A stretch of 64,000 nt of DNA. It comes from Gemmatimonadales bacterium (lineage in GTDB: Bacteria; Gemmatimonadota; Gemmatimonadetes; Gemmatimonadales; GWC2-71-9). Shown in pieces: positions 18,407 through 27,782 of this stretch; within the stretch, counting starts at the first letter, position 1; each line of letters begins with the position of its first letter. A model generated the notes under the pieces. It saw only the letters and a list, made by a program, of their open reading frames with translations. It was not told the DNA's origin and did not search any database. The stretch spans positions 47,684 to 111,683 of the forward strand of contig JBFJCP010000011.1 in assembly GCA_041615815.1 (NCBI GenBank), read 5' to 3'. A program made the position numbers and the translations under genes.

Positions 18407-20933
18407 GGGTCGGAAGGACGGAAAGTTGGCAGGGAGGAAGGGTTCCGACCAACCTTCCCGCGAGGCCGGTTTTCGCGTCGTCGGCACGCCCCGCTGGAAG
18501 GTCGATGCCGCGGCCAAGGTCACCGGTGAAACCCTGTTTGCCGACGACCTCTTCCTTCCCCGGATGCTCTACGCACGAATCCTCCGGAGCACAGAGCCGC
18601 ACGCGCGGATTCGATCCGTCGATACGTCGCGGGCCGAGGCCATCCCCGGGGTGAAGGCCGTCCTCACCGGGGCGGCGCTGCCCATACCGTTTGGCATTCT
18701 TCCCGTGAGCCAAGACGAGCATGCGCTCGTACCAGACAAGGTCCGCTTCGTTGGTGATCCCGTGGCCGCTGTCGCCGCGATCAGCGAAGAGATCGCCACG
18801 TCTGCGGTGGACGCCATTCACGTCGAGTACGAGCCTCTCGATACCATCGGCTCCATCGAGGAGGCCGTGGACACGATCGAGCCGCGAATCCACGATTACG
18901 GCCCGCTCGGCAATTTCCACAAGCTCATCGACCTCGAATTCGGGGACGTGGACGAAGCCCTGGCCGCCGCGGAGCATGTCCGCGAGGATCTGTACTTCTA
19001 CGAGGGCAACACGCACCTCGCCATGGAGCAGCACGCTGCCCTCGCCGAGTGGTCGGCGGACGAGAAGCTCACGCTGTGGAGCGCCACCCAGACACCGCAC
19101 TATGTGCATCGGGCGCTGTCGAAGGTACTGGCGATCCCGGCGGCGCATATCCGGGTGATCGCCTGCCCCAACGGCGGTGGCTTTGGCGGTAAGAGCGATC
19201 CATTCAGCCATGAGATCGTCGTGGCGAAGCTTGCCATGCTCACCGGCCGTCCCGTCAAGATCACACTGACCCGCGAGGAGGTGTTCTACTGCCATCGCGG
19301 GCGTCATCCCACCCTGATGTGGGTGAAGACCGGCGTGTCGCATGATGGCACGATCCGCGGGATGCATTTCCGCACCTTGTTGGACGGCGGCGCTTACGGG
19401 TCCTACGGTGTAGCAAGCACCTATTACACAGGTGCGTTGCAGACGGTCACCTACCAGGTAGACCGCTATCGCTTTCAGGGAGCGCGGGTTTTCACCAACA
19501 AGGCCCCGTGTGGCCCCAAGCGGGGCCACGGTACGCCGCAACCGCGGTTCGCTCTCGAGATCCACATGGACAAGATCGCAGAGGACCTCGGCATGGACCC
19601 CGCCGACCTTCGCCTTCAGCACCTGGCGCCAGCGGGCTCGCTCACCGCCAACTACCTGTCCATCGGATCCATGGGATTACGCGCGTGCATCCACAAAGTG
19701 ACCGAAGGCGCCCGTTGGAAGGATCGCTTCCGTAAGCTGCCGCACGGTAAGGGCATCGGACTCGCCTGCTCCAGCTACATCAGCGGTGCGGGCGTGGCGA
19801 TCTATTGGAACAACATGCCGCATTCCGGCGTGCAGCTGAAATGCGACCGCAGTGGGGGCGTGACAGTGTTCTGTGGTTCGACGGATATCGGGCAGGGTTC
19901 GGATTCGATCCTGGCATACATCGCTGCTGAAGTGCTGGGGATCGAACCGCTCGACATCCGAGTGGTCACGGCAGACACAGACCTGACTCCGGTAGACCTC
20001 GGGAGCTATTCGAGCCGGGTCACCCTCATGACGGGGAATGCAGCGCTCCAAGCCGCCGAACGTGCCCGCGACCTCATTGCCCGCGCGGCGTCCAAGAAGC
20101 TCAACGTGAGCCGCGACCGACTCGTATTCGCAGATCGCCGCGTGTTCGACGCTGAGGACCCGGAGCGCGGGTCGAGCTTTGCGGAAGCGGTGCAGCTGGC
20201 CGAAGCGGAGTTCGGAACCGTGGGGACCGTCGGATCCTACACGCCGCCCAACAGCGCTGGGCGGTACCGGGGCGCCGGAGTTGGCCCGTCACCGGCGTAC
20301 TCGTACAGCGCCGCCGTCGTGGAAGTGGAAGTGGATCCCGACACGGGGACCGTGCTCGTCCCCAAAATCTGGATCGCGCACGACGTGGGCCGCTCCATCA
20401 ATCCCATCAACGTGATAGGACAGGTAGAGGGCAGCGTGTATATGGGCCTCGGCGAAGCCCTCATGGAGGAGATGGCGTACCGTAGCAATCGGAACCTGGT
20501 GCACAAGATCCCGAGTCTCCTGGAATACAAGAGCCCCACGACGCTCGAGATGTCGGACGTGGTGACGTATCTCATCGAGGATCCCGATCCCAACGGCCCG
20601 TTTGGTGCCAAGGAGGTGGGTCAAGGTCCACTGCTTCCCATTCCTCCCGCGATCGCCAATGCGGTCTACGACGCCGTGGGTGTCCGTATCGACGAGGTTC
20701 CGATCACACCTGAGAAGGTACTGAAGGCCCTGAAGCAAAAAGCCGCTGGGCTCGAGCCACGGTTCGGACCAAAGAGCTTCCCCGTAATCCCGTGGCCCGA
20801 ACCGATTCGGATACCGCCCCCATGGGAAGGTGGTGATGGGAGAGCAGCAGCGGCAGAGGCAGCAGGTAGCGGAGGGAGAGCGGGTCGTGCTGCCGCCGCT
20901 GCCAGCCCATTCCTCGAGGAGCGCCAACACTAG
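18393..20933 (+). CDS. Molybdopterin-binding large subunit, 4-hydroxybenzoyl-CoA reductase alpha-like (HcrA-like)
   Basis: PFGILPVSQDE, GGGFGGK, CGPKRGHG, GQGS, GSYSSRVT and GAKEVGQG motifs. Confidence 0.88.
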   Translation: MDGSKGRKDGKLAGRKGSDQPSREAGFRVVGTPRWKVDAAAKVTGETLFADDLFLPRMLYARILRSTEPHARIRSVDTSRAEAIPGVKAVLTGAALPIPFGILPVSQDEHALVPDKVRFVGDPVAAVAAISEEIATSAVDAIHVEYEPLDTIGSIEEAVDTIEPRIHDYGPLGNFHKLIDLEFGDVDEALAAAEHVREDLYFYEGNTHLAMEQHAALAEWSADEKLTLWSATQTPHYVHRALSKVLAIPAAHIRVIACPNGGGFGGKSDPFSHEIVVAKLAMLTGRPVKITLTREEVFYCHRGRHPTLMWVKTGVSHDGTIRGMHFRTLLDGGAYGSYGVASTYYTGALQTVTYQVDRYRFQGARVFTNKAPCGPKRGHGTPQPRFALEIHMDKIAEDLGMDPADLRLQHLAPAGSLTANYLSIGSMGLRACIHKVTEGARWKDRFRKLPHGKGIGLACSSYISGAGVAIYWNNMPHSGVQLKCDRSGGVTVFCGSTDIGQGSDSILAYIAAEVLGIEPLDIRVVTADTDLTPVDLGSYSSRVTLMTGNAALQAAERARDLIARAASKKLNVSRDRLVFADRRVFDAEDPERGSSFAEAVQLAEAEFGTVGTVGSYTPPNSAGRYRGAGVGPSPAYSYSAAVVEVEVDPDTGTVLVPKIWIAHDVGRSINPINVIGQVEGSVYMGLGEALMEEMAYRSNRNLVHKIPSLLEYKSPTTLEMSDVVTYLIEDPDPNGPFGAKEVGQGPLLPIPPAIANAVYDAVGVRIDEVPITPEKVLKALKQKAAGLEPRFGPKSFPVIPWPEPIRIPPPWEGGDGRAAAAEAAGSGGRAGRAAAAASPFLEERQH
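18398..18460. repeat. 8-mer tandem-unit palindrome in the N-terminal extension of the Mo subunit
   Basis: cggga...ggtcggaa pairs with ttccgacc...tcccg; units tcggaagg-acggaaag-ttggcagg-gaggaagg. Confidence 0.6.
20844..20906. repeat. 9-mer GC-rich inverted repeat in the C-terminal tail of the Mo subunit
   Basis: gcagcggca-gaggcagca-ggtagcgga versus tgctgccgccgctgcc; encodes an Ala/Gly-rich tail. Confidence 0.45.
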
Positions 20934-20935
20934 CC

Positions 20936-21946
20936 ATGCTCCGCCTGCCGTCGTTCGACTACCTCCAGCCCAAAACGCTCCGGGAAGCGCTCAAGATGAA
21001 ACAGGAGGCCGGGGCGGTGGGGATGTATGTGGCCGGCGGCACCGATCTCTATCCCAACATGAAGCGCCGTCACCAGGAGCCAAAGGTGGTGATCTCGCTG
21101 GCGGCGATCCGTGCGCTGCGGCGCATCACCGGGGGAACGAGAGGGTCTGCACTCTCCGTGGGAGCGGGTGTCACGCTCACCGAGCTGCGCCGGCACCGGA
21201 GAATCCGTTCGCGTTACGCCGCCGTCGCCAAGTCGGCCGAGCTGATCAGCACACCCATCCTACAGAACATGGGCACGCTCGGTGGCAACCTCTGTCTCGA
21301 TACACGATGCAACTACTACAACCAGGGATACGAGTGGCGGAAGTCCATCAACTTTTGCATGAAGAAGGACGGCGACATTTGCTGGGTGGCTCCGTCGAGC
21401 CCGCGCTGCTGGGCAATATGCTCGAGCGACCTCGCGCCGGTGGCGGTGGCGATGGGGGCCGACTTCACCCTTGTGGGGCCACAAGGCGAACGGGTGGTAC
21501 CGGCCAGCCGGTTTTACCACGACGACGGCATCAATTACCTGACGAAGCAGCCTGACGAGATCCTCACCGACATGAGGCTACCCGCCACCAACGGGTGGGA
21601 TGCCGTGTATTGGAAACTGCGTCGGCGAGGCTCGTTCGATTTTCCGGTCCTTGGAGTCGCCGCGTGGATTCGATGGGAAGGTTCGCGCGCGGCCGAGGCA
21701 CGTATCGTCCTTGGCGCCGTGGCGAGCCATCCATTGGAGGTGGCCACTGCGGCGGATGCCATCGTGGGCACGGAACTGGACGATGACGCGATCGGGGCCG
21801 CAGCCGATGCTGCGTACAAGCCCTCGAAGCCAATGGACAACACGGACTTCGGTCTGGCGTGGCGAAAGCACATGACGCGGGAGTACGTAAAGGGCGCGTT
21901 GAAGGAACTGCGCGAACGTGTTCGTCGCGCCGGGATGGGCCGCTAG
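20936..21946 (+). CDS. FAD-binding subunit with a [4Fe-4S] insertion (HcrB-like)
   Basis: AGGTDL; GTLGGNLCLDTRCNYYNQ..WR....FCMKKDGDICWV......CWA Cys-rich insert; KLRRRGSFDFP. Confidence 0.9.
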   Translation: MLRLPSFDYLQPKTLREALKMKQEAGAVGMYVAGGTDLYPNMKRRHQEPKVVISLAAIRALRRITGGTRGSALSVGAGVTLTELRRHRRIRSRYAAVAKSAELISTPILQNMGTLGGNLCLDTRCNYYNQGYEWRKSINFCMKKDGDICWVAPSSPRCWAICSSDLAPVAVAMGADFTLVGPQGERVVPASRFYHDDGINYLTKQPDEILTDMRLPATNGWDAVYWKLRRRGSFDFPVLGVAAWIRWEGSRAAEARIVLGAVASHPLEVATAADAIVGTELDDDAIGAAADAAYKPSKPMDNTDFGLAWRKHMTREYVKGALKELRERVRRAGMGR

Positions 21947-22136
21947 GTTCTCGTGCCGAGATCGTGATCAATCTCGAAGAGACCTTCCTATTCAGATCCC
22001 AAAACGATGCCGCTGAGCGCATGATCACACCTCGCTGCGTCGTGGACTATGTCATAGGGAGGAATCCCAACCGGTCACCGCAGTCGCTGCCTCATCCAGG
22101 GAACCTTCTGCGGAGATTCACGCTCATATCGACTCG

Positions 22137-22499
22137 ATGTCCGTAGGGCAGATCGGTATCACCGCGGTGCATGCCTTTGTAGGGTGGGGGCTCTGCGGCG
22201 CAACGATGGGCATCGGCCTGGCCAAGACGTCGCTCGCGCGCGCGCTGCTCATTCACGCCGTGGCGGCTCCGGTCATTTTCGGCCTCATATCCTTCATCTA
22301 TTTCACCCATTTTGGCTACTCAACTCCGTTGGCAATCGCCGTTGGATTCGTTACGGTCGTGATTGCGATGGACTTTCTGGTCGTCGCCCTCCTGATACAG
22401 CGCGAACTCACCATGTTCCGGAGCGTCCTCGGAACCTGGCTTCCGTTTGCGTTGATCTTTGCATCCACCTACCTCGTCGGGCGTGTCACGCTGCCGTAG
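22137..22499 (+). CDS. Hypothetical membrane protein (4 TM)
   Basis: Four hydrophobic segments in a clean ORF. Confidence 0.75.
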   Translation: MSVGQIGITAVHAFVGWGLCGATMGIGLAKTSLARALLIHAVAAPVIFGLISFIYFTHFGYSTPLAIAVGFVTVVIAMDFLVVALLIQRELTMFRSVLGTWLPFALIFASTYLVGRVTLP

Positions 22500-22587
22500 G
22501 TACGAAACCGAGCAATCTGACTGCACCGAGTCTCGCCGCACACCCAGCCCCAAGCCAGATTATGGAGCCTCCATAAAGGAGACAGAG

Positions 22588-23835
22588 GTGAACAGATCAT
22601 TGGCGAGCGGTCATGTCCTGCATTGGCGGTGTGGACTCTGGATCGCTCTGGTCACGGTGCCGCTTGGTCTTAGCGGATGGCGCCCGATCGCGCCTCCACC
22701 GTCGGCGATCACCGGTGTCGTATTCGTCGATCACAACAGTAATGGCCAGCGGGATGCGCAAGAGCCGGGAGTCGCGGAAGTCGCGGTTTCGGATCAGGTG
22801 AACGTCGTCACCACCGATCCGGCCGGCCGGTACGAGTTGACCCGCAGGAGCACCGGGGGACTGGTTTTCGTGAGCGTTCCCAACGGATACAAGGCCACGC
22901 ACGGTCAATGGCGCGCGCTGAAACCGGGCCACGAGACCCACCACGTCGATTTCCCACTCCGGATCGACCCGCCCCGTCGTTCGTTCAGGTTCATGCACGC
23001 CTCGGATACTCACGTGAGTGAATCGAGCGTCGAACGGATGCGGCTGCTCCGCGAGCTGGTAGACTCACTGCGGCCGGCCTTTCTCCTGATGACTGGAGAT
23101 CTCGTGCGGGACGCGCTGAGAGTGGGCGAGGAGGAGGCCAGACGATACTACGAGCTCTACCTCTCCGAGATCGAGCGGTTCAGCGCACCAGTGTGGAACG
23201 TACCCGGAAATCACGAGAACTTTGGGATCGAGCGACACCAATCATTGGTCAGTCGCGAACATCCCCTCTACGGCAAGGGAATGTTCCGCCATTACCTGGG
23301 TCCCAATTACTACTCCTTCACCTACAGCGGTGTGCATTTCGTGGGACTCGACTCGGTGGATTATGACGATCTGTGGTACTACGGACATATCGATTCCACC
23401 CAGGTAGCATGGCTGAAGCGCGATCTGTCCACGGTGCCGGCAGGCACGCCGATTGTGACGTTCAACCATATTCCGTTTTTCAGCGGTATCCTGTCCGTCT
23501 CCGGCTACAACGACACGTCTGTAGCGCCAACGCTGATTCGGATCGGTGGTGTCACGCAGTTTCGGCATACCGTTTCCAACGCATATGAGCTGATCAGTCT
23601 CTTGACTGCGCGGCACGACTATACCCTTGCGCTCGGCGGTCATGTGCACGCTCGGGAAAAGCTGGTGTATGACGTCGATGGGACCAACGTGCGGTACTAC
23701 CAGTCAGCGGCGGTGATCGGTCCGAGTGGGCGTCCCGGCATGCGGATGACCTCCGGCGTGACCCTCTATCGCGTGGAGGACGGCCAAATTGACGATGGCG
23801 AGTTCATCCCGTTAGATACGCCGATGCAGCATTGA
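22588..23835 (+). CDS. Exported calcineurin-like metallophosphoesterase with an N-terminal beta domain
   Basis: SDTH, TGDLV, PGNHE, FNHIP and GGHVH motifs; GVVFVDHNSNG N-domain; AAGGAG SD before GTG 22588. Confidence 0.9.
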   Translation: MNRSLASGHVLHWRCGLWIALVTVPLGLSGWRPIAPPPSAITGVVFVDHNSNGQRDAQEPGVAEVAVSDQVNVVTTDPAGRYELTRRSTGGLVFVSVPNGYKATHGQWRALKPGHETHHVDFPLRIDPPRRSFRFMHASDTHVSESSVERMRLLRELVDSLRPAFLLMTGDLVRDALRVGEEEARRYYELYLSEIERFSAPVWNVPGNHENFGIERHQSLVSREHPLYGKGMFRHYLGPNYYSFTYSGVHFVGLDSVDYDDLWYYGHIDSTQVAWLKRDLSTVPAGTPIVTFNHIPFFSGILSVSGYNDTSVAPTLIRIGGVTQFRHTVSNAYELISLLTARHDYTLALGGHVHAREKLVYDVDGTNVRYYQSAAVIGPSGRPGMRMTSGVTLYRVEDGQIDDGEFIPLDTPMQH

Positions 23836-24034
23836 GCGGCATCCCGCTCGGGTACGGAATTCACGCGACCGTGCCACCCTGTCTTGCCGTGCACGGTTCT
23901 AACGCGCAAGCTCGTGTAGCAGGACTCCCACCACGAGATCATCGTGGTTGCGCCCTGCACAACACCCACGCACGGCAGCGGCACTCGATGACTGGATGGC
24001 GGTATCAGTGTTACTGCGATCTGGAGGTGAGACC

Positions 24035-24406
24035 ATGATCAAGGGCGTCCACACCATGTTCTACTCTTCGGAGCCGGAAAAACTCCGAGCCTTTCTGCGA
24101 GACAGACTCGGTTTTCCGTATACGGATGTCGGGGACGGCTGGTTGATCTTCGACCTGCCCGAGGCTGATATGGGGTGTCACCCGGCGGATGAACGGGGGG
24201 AGGACGGAGCCCCAGCTGGGACTCACGACATCTCGTTTTACTGCGATGATATCGAGAAGACCGTCGCCGCACTCACCGATCGCGGAGTGGAGTTCACCGG
24301 CGGTATCGAGGATGCGGGCTACGGGATCAGAACGTACTTCCGGATGCCGGGGAACATACGCGTCCAGCTCTACGAGCCTCGCTACACCAAGCGCCCGGAC
24401 TCTTGA
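24035..24406 (+). CDS. VOC/glyoxalase family protein
   Basis: GGAGGTGA SD; ISFYCDDIEKTV...GVEF...DAGYG...QLYEP. Confidence 0.85.
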   Translation: MIKGVHTMFYSSEPEKLRAFLRDRLGFPYTDVGDGWLIFDLPEADMGCHPADERGEDGAPAGTHDISFYCDDIEKTVAALTDRGVEFTGGIEDAGYGIRTYFRMPGNIRVQLYEPRYTKRPDS

Positions 24407-24442
24407 TTTGGCGATTGGGATCAAATCCATGCCGAAACCTCC

Positions 24443-24823
24443 ATGAGTGTGAAGCAACGATTCACCGACGACATTCTCGACGCCATCGACAGCAGTAAGA
24501 TCTTAGGCATCCGAGCCGGAACCGAGCCTCACCGTTTCATTGGGATCTGGAGCGTAGTGGTGGAGAAACGCGTATTCGTCCGTTCGTGGAGCATCAAACC
24601 GCGAAGCTGGTACCGCACGTTTCTCGAGGATCCGCGCGGCACGATCAACATCGCCGGTCGCGAGGTCCCTGTCCGCGCCGTGCGCACGAGAAGTGAACGG
24701 GTGAAGGATGCGGTTAGTCGAGCCTACCTGGAGAAATACGACACCCCCGGGTCCGTCAGGTATGCGCGGGATCTGGGACGCGCCAGATCCAAAGCCACGA
24801 CGACCGAGCTAGTGCCACGGTAG
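24443..24823 (+). CDS. DUF2255-like hypothetical protein
   Basis: IWSVVV...VFVRS....SWY...AYLEKY pattern. Confidence 0.7.
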   Translation: MSVKQRFTDDILDAIDSSKILGIRAGTEPHRFIGIWSVVVEKRVFVRSWSIKPRSWYRTFLEDPRGTINIAGREVPVRAVRTRSERVKDAVSRAYLEKYDTPGSVRYARDLGRARSKATTTELVPR

Positions 24824-25146
24824 AACGACAGAAGCTCGGCGTTCCCAGGACCGTCGCCGCCCAGGCTCTCCTTCGCGTACCAGCCCTGGTATTCTCTCGC
24901 CGATGGCTCGGTCAGCCCCTCGGCGCGCTCATGATTGACGGGCGCCGGACGCCGCACGCGACGATATGCCTTCACCCCACCGATATGGCAAACCATGACC
25001 GAATCTTGCTGCTCGCTCACGCACGGTCACTGAACGCCAGAGACCCCTGAATCGAGTCACATCACCCTCCGTCTCAGTGCATTCTCGTCCCGCCGGTGAC
25101 TGCTGTCTTAGATTGATATGAGGGCCATCCTGACTGTGGGGTCACC

Positions 25147-26190
25147 ATGCTGCTGCTCGCCGTATCGATCGCCGTCGTACTCACTGTCTCGGCGTTCTGC
25201 TCGCTCTCGGAAGCCGGGTTGTATGCCGTTCGGCTCCCGTATATCCGCAAGCTCGTGGACCGAGGGAGTAAGGCCGGACCGCTCCTGCTAAAGTTCAAGC
25301 AGGACATTCAGCAGCCCATTGCCGCAATTCTCATCCTCAATACGATCGCCAACACCGCTGGGGCCACCGTGGCGGGCGCGCAGGCCCGGGAGCTTTTTGG
25401 CGAAGGTGTCCTCATCTGGTTCACCATTGCCTTTACCCTTAGCGTGTTGTTCCTATCGGAGATCCTCCCCAAGGTCATCGGTGTCACCTTCAATAAGATC
25501 GTGGCCCCGGCGGTAAGCGTGCCGCTCCAAGCCGTGCTAGTGCTGTTGTTTCCGATGGTGTGGCTGACTGAGACAGTAACCCGCGCCATTCGCGGACAAC
25601 CGCAACCGATGGCGCCGGAGGACGAAGTCCAGCAGATGGCCAAGATCAGCGCCGAGGAAGGAAGCATCCTCCCGATGGAGGCGGACCTCGTCCACAATGT
25701 GCTGCGCCTCAACGACGTCCGTGCCAGAGAGATCTTGACCCCGCGAAACGTCGTGTTCAAACTGCCCGGCGACGTGACCGTTGCCGAAGTGCGGGATCAG
25801 GTGCTCCACCTTCCGTTTACTCGCATTCCGGTGCATGCAGAGGGAGATCCCGAACATTGGGAAGGGGTGGTGCTGCTGCGAGACATCCTGAGATGCATCG
25901 CCAACGACGAGTTCTCGACAACGCTCGGCTCACTCGCCAAACCTCTACACTTCGTGCCGGAATCGACCAGTGGGCACACACTGCTCGCGGAGTTTCTTCG
26001 TGAACGGGCGCACTTGTTCGGCGTCCTCGACGAGTTTGGAAGCGTGATGGGCGTCGTGAGCTTGGAGGACGTCCTGGAGTCGCTCTTGGGCACGGAAATC
26101 GTCGATGAGACCGATACGACGGTCGATTTGCGGGACGCTGCCCGACAGCGGCACAAGAAGCGCTTCAAGAAAGAGGAAGAGAAACCGTGA
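25147..26190 (+). CDS. CNNM (DUF21)-CBS domain membrane protein (HlyC/CorC family)
   Basis: SAFCSLSEA, ILILNTIAN, SEILPK, ILTPR, TRIPV and DEFGSVMGVVSLEDVLE motifs. Confidence 0.92.
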   Translation: MLLLAVSIAVVLTVSAFCSLSEAGLYAVRLPYIRKLVDRGSKAGPLLLKFKQDIQQPIAAILILNTIANTAGATVAGAQARELFGEGVLIWFTIAFTLSVLFLSEILPKVIGVTFNKIVAPAVSVPLQAVLVLLFPMVWLTETVTRAIRGQPQPMAPEDEVQQMAKISAEEGSILPMEADLVHNVLRLNDVRAREILTPRNVVFKLPGDVTVAEVRDQVLHLPFTRIPVHAEGDPEHWEGVVLLRDILRCIANDEFSTTLGSLAKPLHFVPESTSGHTLLAEFLRERAHLFGVLDEFGSVMGVVSLEDVLESLLGTEIVDETDTTVDLRDAARQRHKKRFKKEEEKP

Positions 26191-26243
26191 GCGTGACAAT
26201 TCCGCAGTGAACGTCACGTTACATGTTGAGCGAGGCACAAGTA

Positions 26244-27101
26244 ATGAGCGACTCGACCAATAGGGTCTGTATCGTCACCGGGGGAAGCACCGGAGTTGGT
26301 TACGCATCGGCGCTGGCCCTGGCGCGTGAAGCGGCTACCGTCGTTGTGGTTTGCCGGAACCGAAAGCGCGGAGAGACGGCGATTCGGAAGATCCATGCCA
26401 AGGTACCCAACGCTCGAGTGCGGCTGAACCTGTGTAACCTCGCCAGTCTCACGCAGGTTCGCGAGCTCGGTTCCCAGCTTGCCTCCGAGTACTCCCAAAT
26501 CGATCTCCTGGTCAATAACGCGGGGGTGTACCGTGCGAGTCGTGAGATTACCGAAGATGGTTTCGAAAAGACGTTCGCCGTCAATCACCTCGCACACTTT
26601 CTTTTGACGCATTACCTGATCCCTTCGCTCCGACAAACAAAGGGACGGGTGATCACCGTGAGCTCGGAGGCTCATCGCGGGGCGAAGGTGGATCGAGCGT
26701 CGCTGGAGGATACCATCAGGGGCCGGCGTCGGTACGGCGGGATGCGAGCCTACAGCGACTCGAAGCTCGCCAACGTGTTATTTACCGTCGAGCTCGCCCG
26801 CCGACACCCGGTGAACGAACTCGCCACCGCGGCCCTCCACCCCGGCGTCCTCGCCACGCGGATCTGGAATCAGAACCACAACGCACTGAGCTTGCTCATG
26901 CGGGTCTTCAAGCCGTTTCTTGGGCGCCCGATGATCGGAGGTGGGGCGGTCCTGTTTCTCGCAACCGCCGCCCGTGAGGAGATTCACGGTCGGTATTACG
27001 ACAAGCAACGTCCGGTGGACCCATCGCCCAAGGCCCTAGATCCGGAGCTGGGACACGATCTTTGGCAATTGAGTGCCGCGCTCGTGGGGATTTCCGACTG
27101 A
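26244..27101 (+). CDS. SDR family oxidoreductase (retinol-dehydrogenase-like)
   Basis: TGGSTGVG, NNAG, VNHLAHF, YSDSK and HPG motifs. Alternative start at 26223. Confidence 0.92.
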   Translation: MSDSTNRVCIVTGGSTGVGYASALALAREAATVVVVCRNRKRGETAIRKIHAKVPNARVRLNLCNLASLTQVRELGSQLASEYSQIDLLVNNAGVYRASREITEDGFEKTFAVNHLAHFLLTHYLIPSLRQTKGRVITVSSEAHRGAKVDRASLEDTIRGRRRYGGMRAYSDSKLANVLFTVELARRHPVNELATAALHPGVLATRIWNQNHNALSLLMRVFKPFLGRPMIGGGAVLFLATAAREEIHGRYYDKQRPVDPSPKALDPELGHDLWQLSAALVGISD

Positions 27102-27240
27102 ACGAGCGGGCCACAAACTGAACTGCTCACGACCCCAGGCAGAGGTGAATTTTCCAGAGACGGGACAAAGAGGTCTCATAGCATACGCAGGAAGGGATGG
27201 CGCACGACACACAGCCGGAATCCACAGAAGGGAGCGACCA

Positions 27241-27714
27241 ATGGCCCCCCTGCCTATTCCGCACGGCTTTCACACGGCCACCCCCTATCTCATCGTCCGA
27301 CATGCGGAGGAGGCGGTGGCGTTCTATGAGAAGGCATTCGGCGCAACGCCAATGATGGCTCCACTCAGAGACCCGACCAGTGGCAGCATCGTCCACGGGG
27401 AGCTCAAGATTGGGAATTCGCCGATCATGATCACCGAGGAAAACCCGGATTGGGGCAACCGGAGCCCACAAGCGCTGGGCGGCGCGTCGTCCGCGGTACA
27501 TCTCTATGTCGACGACGTGGATGCGCTGACGAGCCGGGCCGTCAAGGCCGGCGCCAAGATCTTGATCCCCGTCGACGATCAGTTCTACGGCGACCGATCC
27601 GGACGTCTCGAGGACCCCTTCGGCCATATCTGGATCGTCGCCACCCACATGGAGGACGTGAACCCGGAAGAGATGCAGCGACGGATGGAGACTTTCATGA
27701 AGCAACAGGGATAG
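27241..27714 (+). CDS. VOC family protein (PhnB/bleomycin-resistance-like)
   Basis: PIPHGFHTATPYL; FYEKAFGA; DQFYGDRSGRLEDPFGHIW. Confidence 0.92.
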   Translation: MAPLPIPHGFHTATPYLIVRHAEEAVAFYEKAFGATPMMAPLRDPTSGSIVHGELKIGNSPIMITEENPDWGNRSPQALGGASSAVHLYVDDVDALTSRAVKAGAKILIPVDDQFYGDRSGRLEDPFGHIWIVATHMEDVNPEEMQRRMETFMKQQG

Positions 27715-27782
27715 ACGGGAGAGTACTAGGCCCTCACCCGGCAGGTCTCGAACCAGCTCAGCAAATCAGCGGAGGGAATACC

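Noticed and set aside
17867..21946. Assigning gene symbols hcrCAB
   Set aside because: Resemblance is strong, but the active-site differences and the lack of adjacent pathway genes make orthology unproven.
24824..25146. Possible small genes or ncRNA in longer gaps (also 21947-22136 and 28718-28990)
   Set aside because: No convincing SD-plus-ORF, motif or stable structure was recognised.
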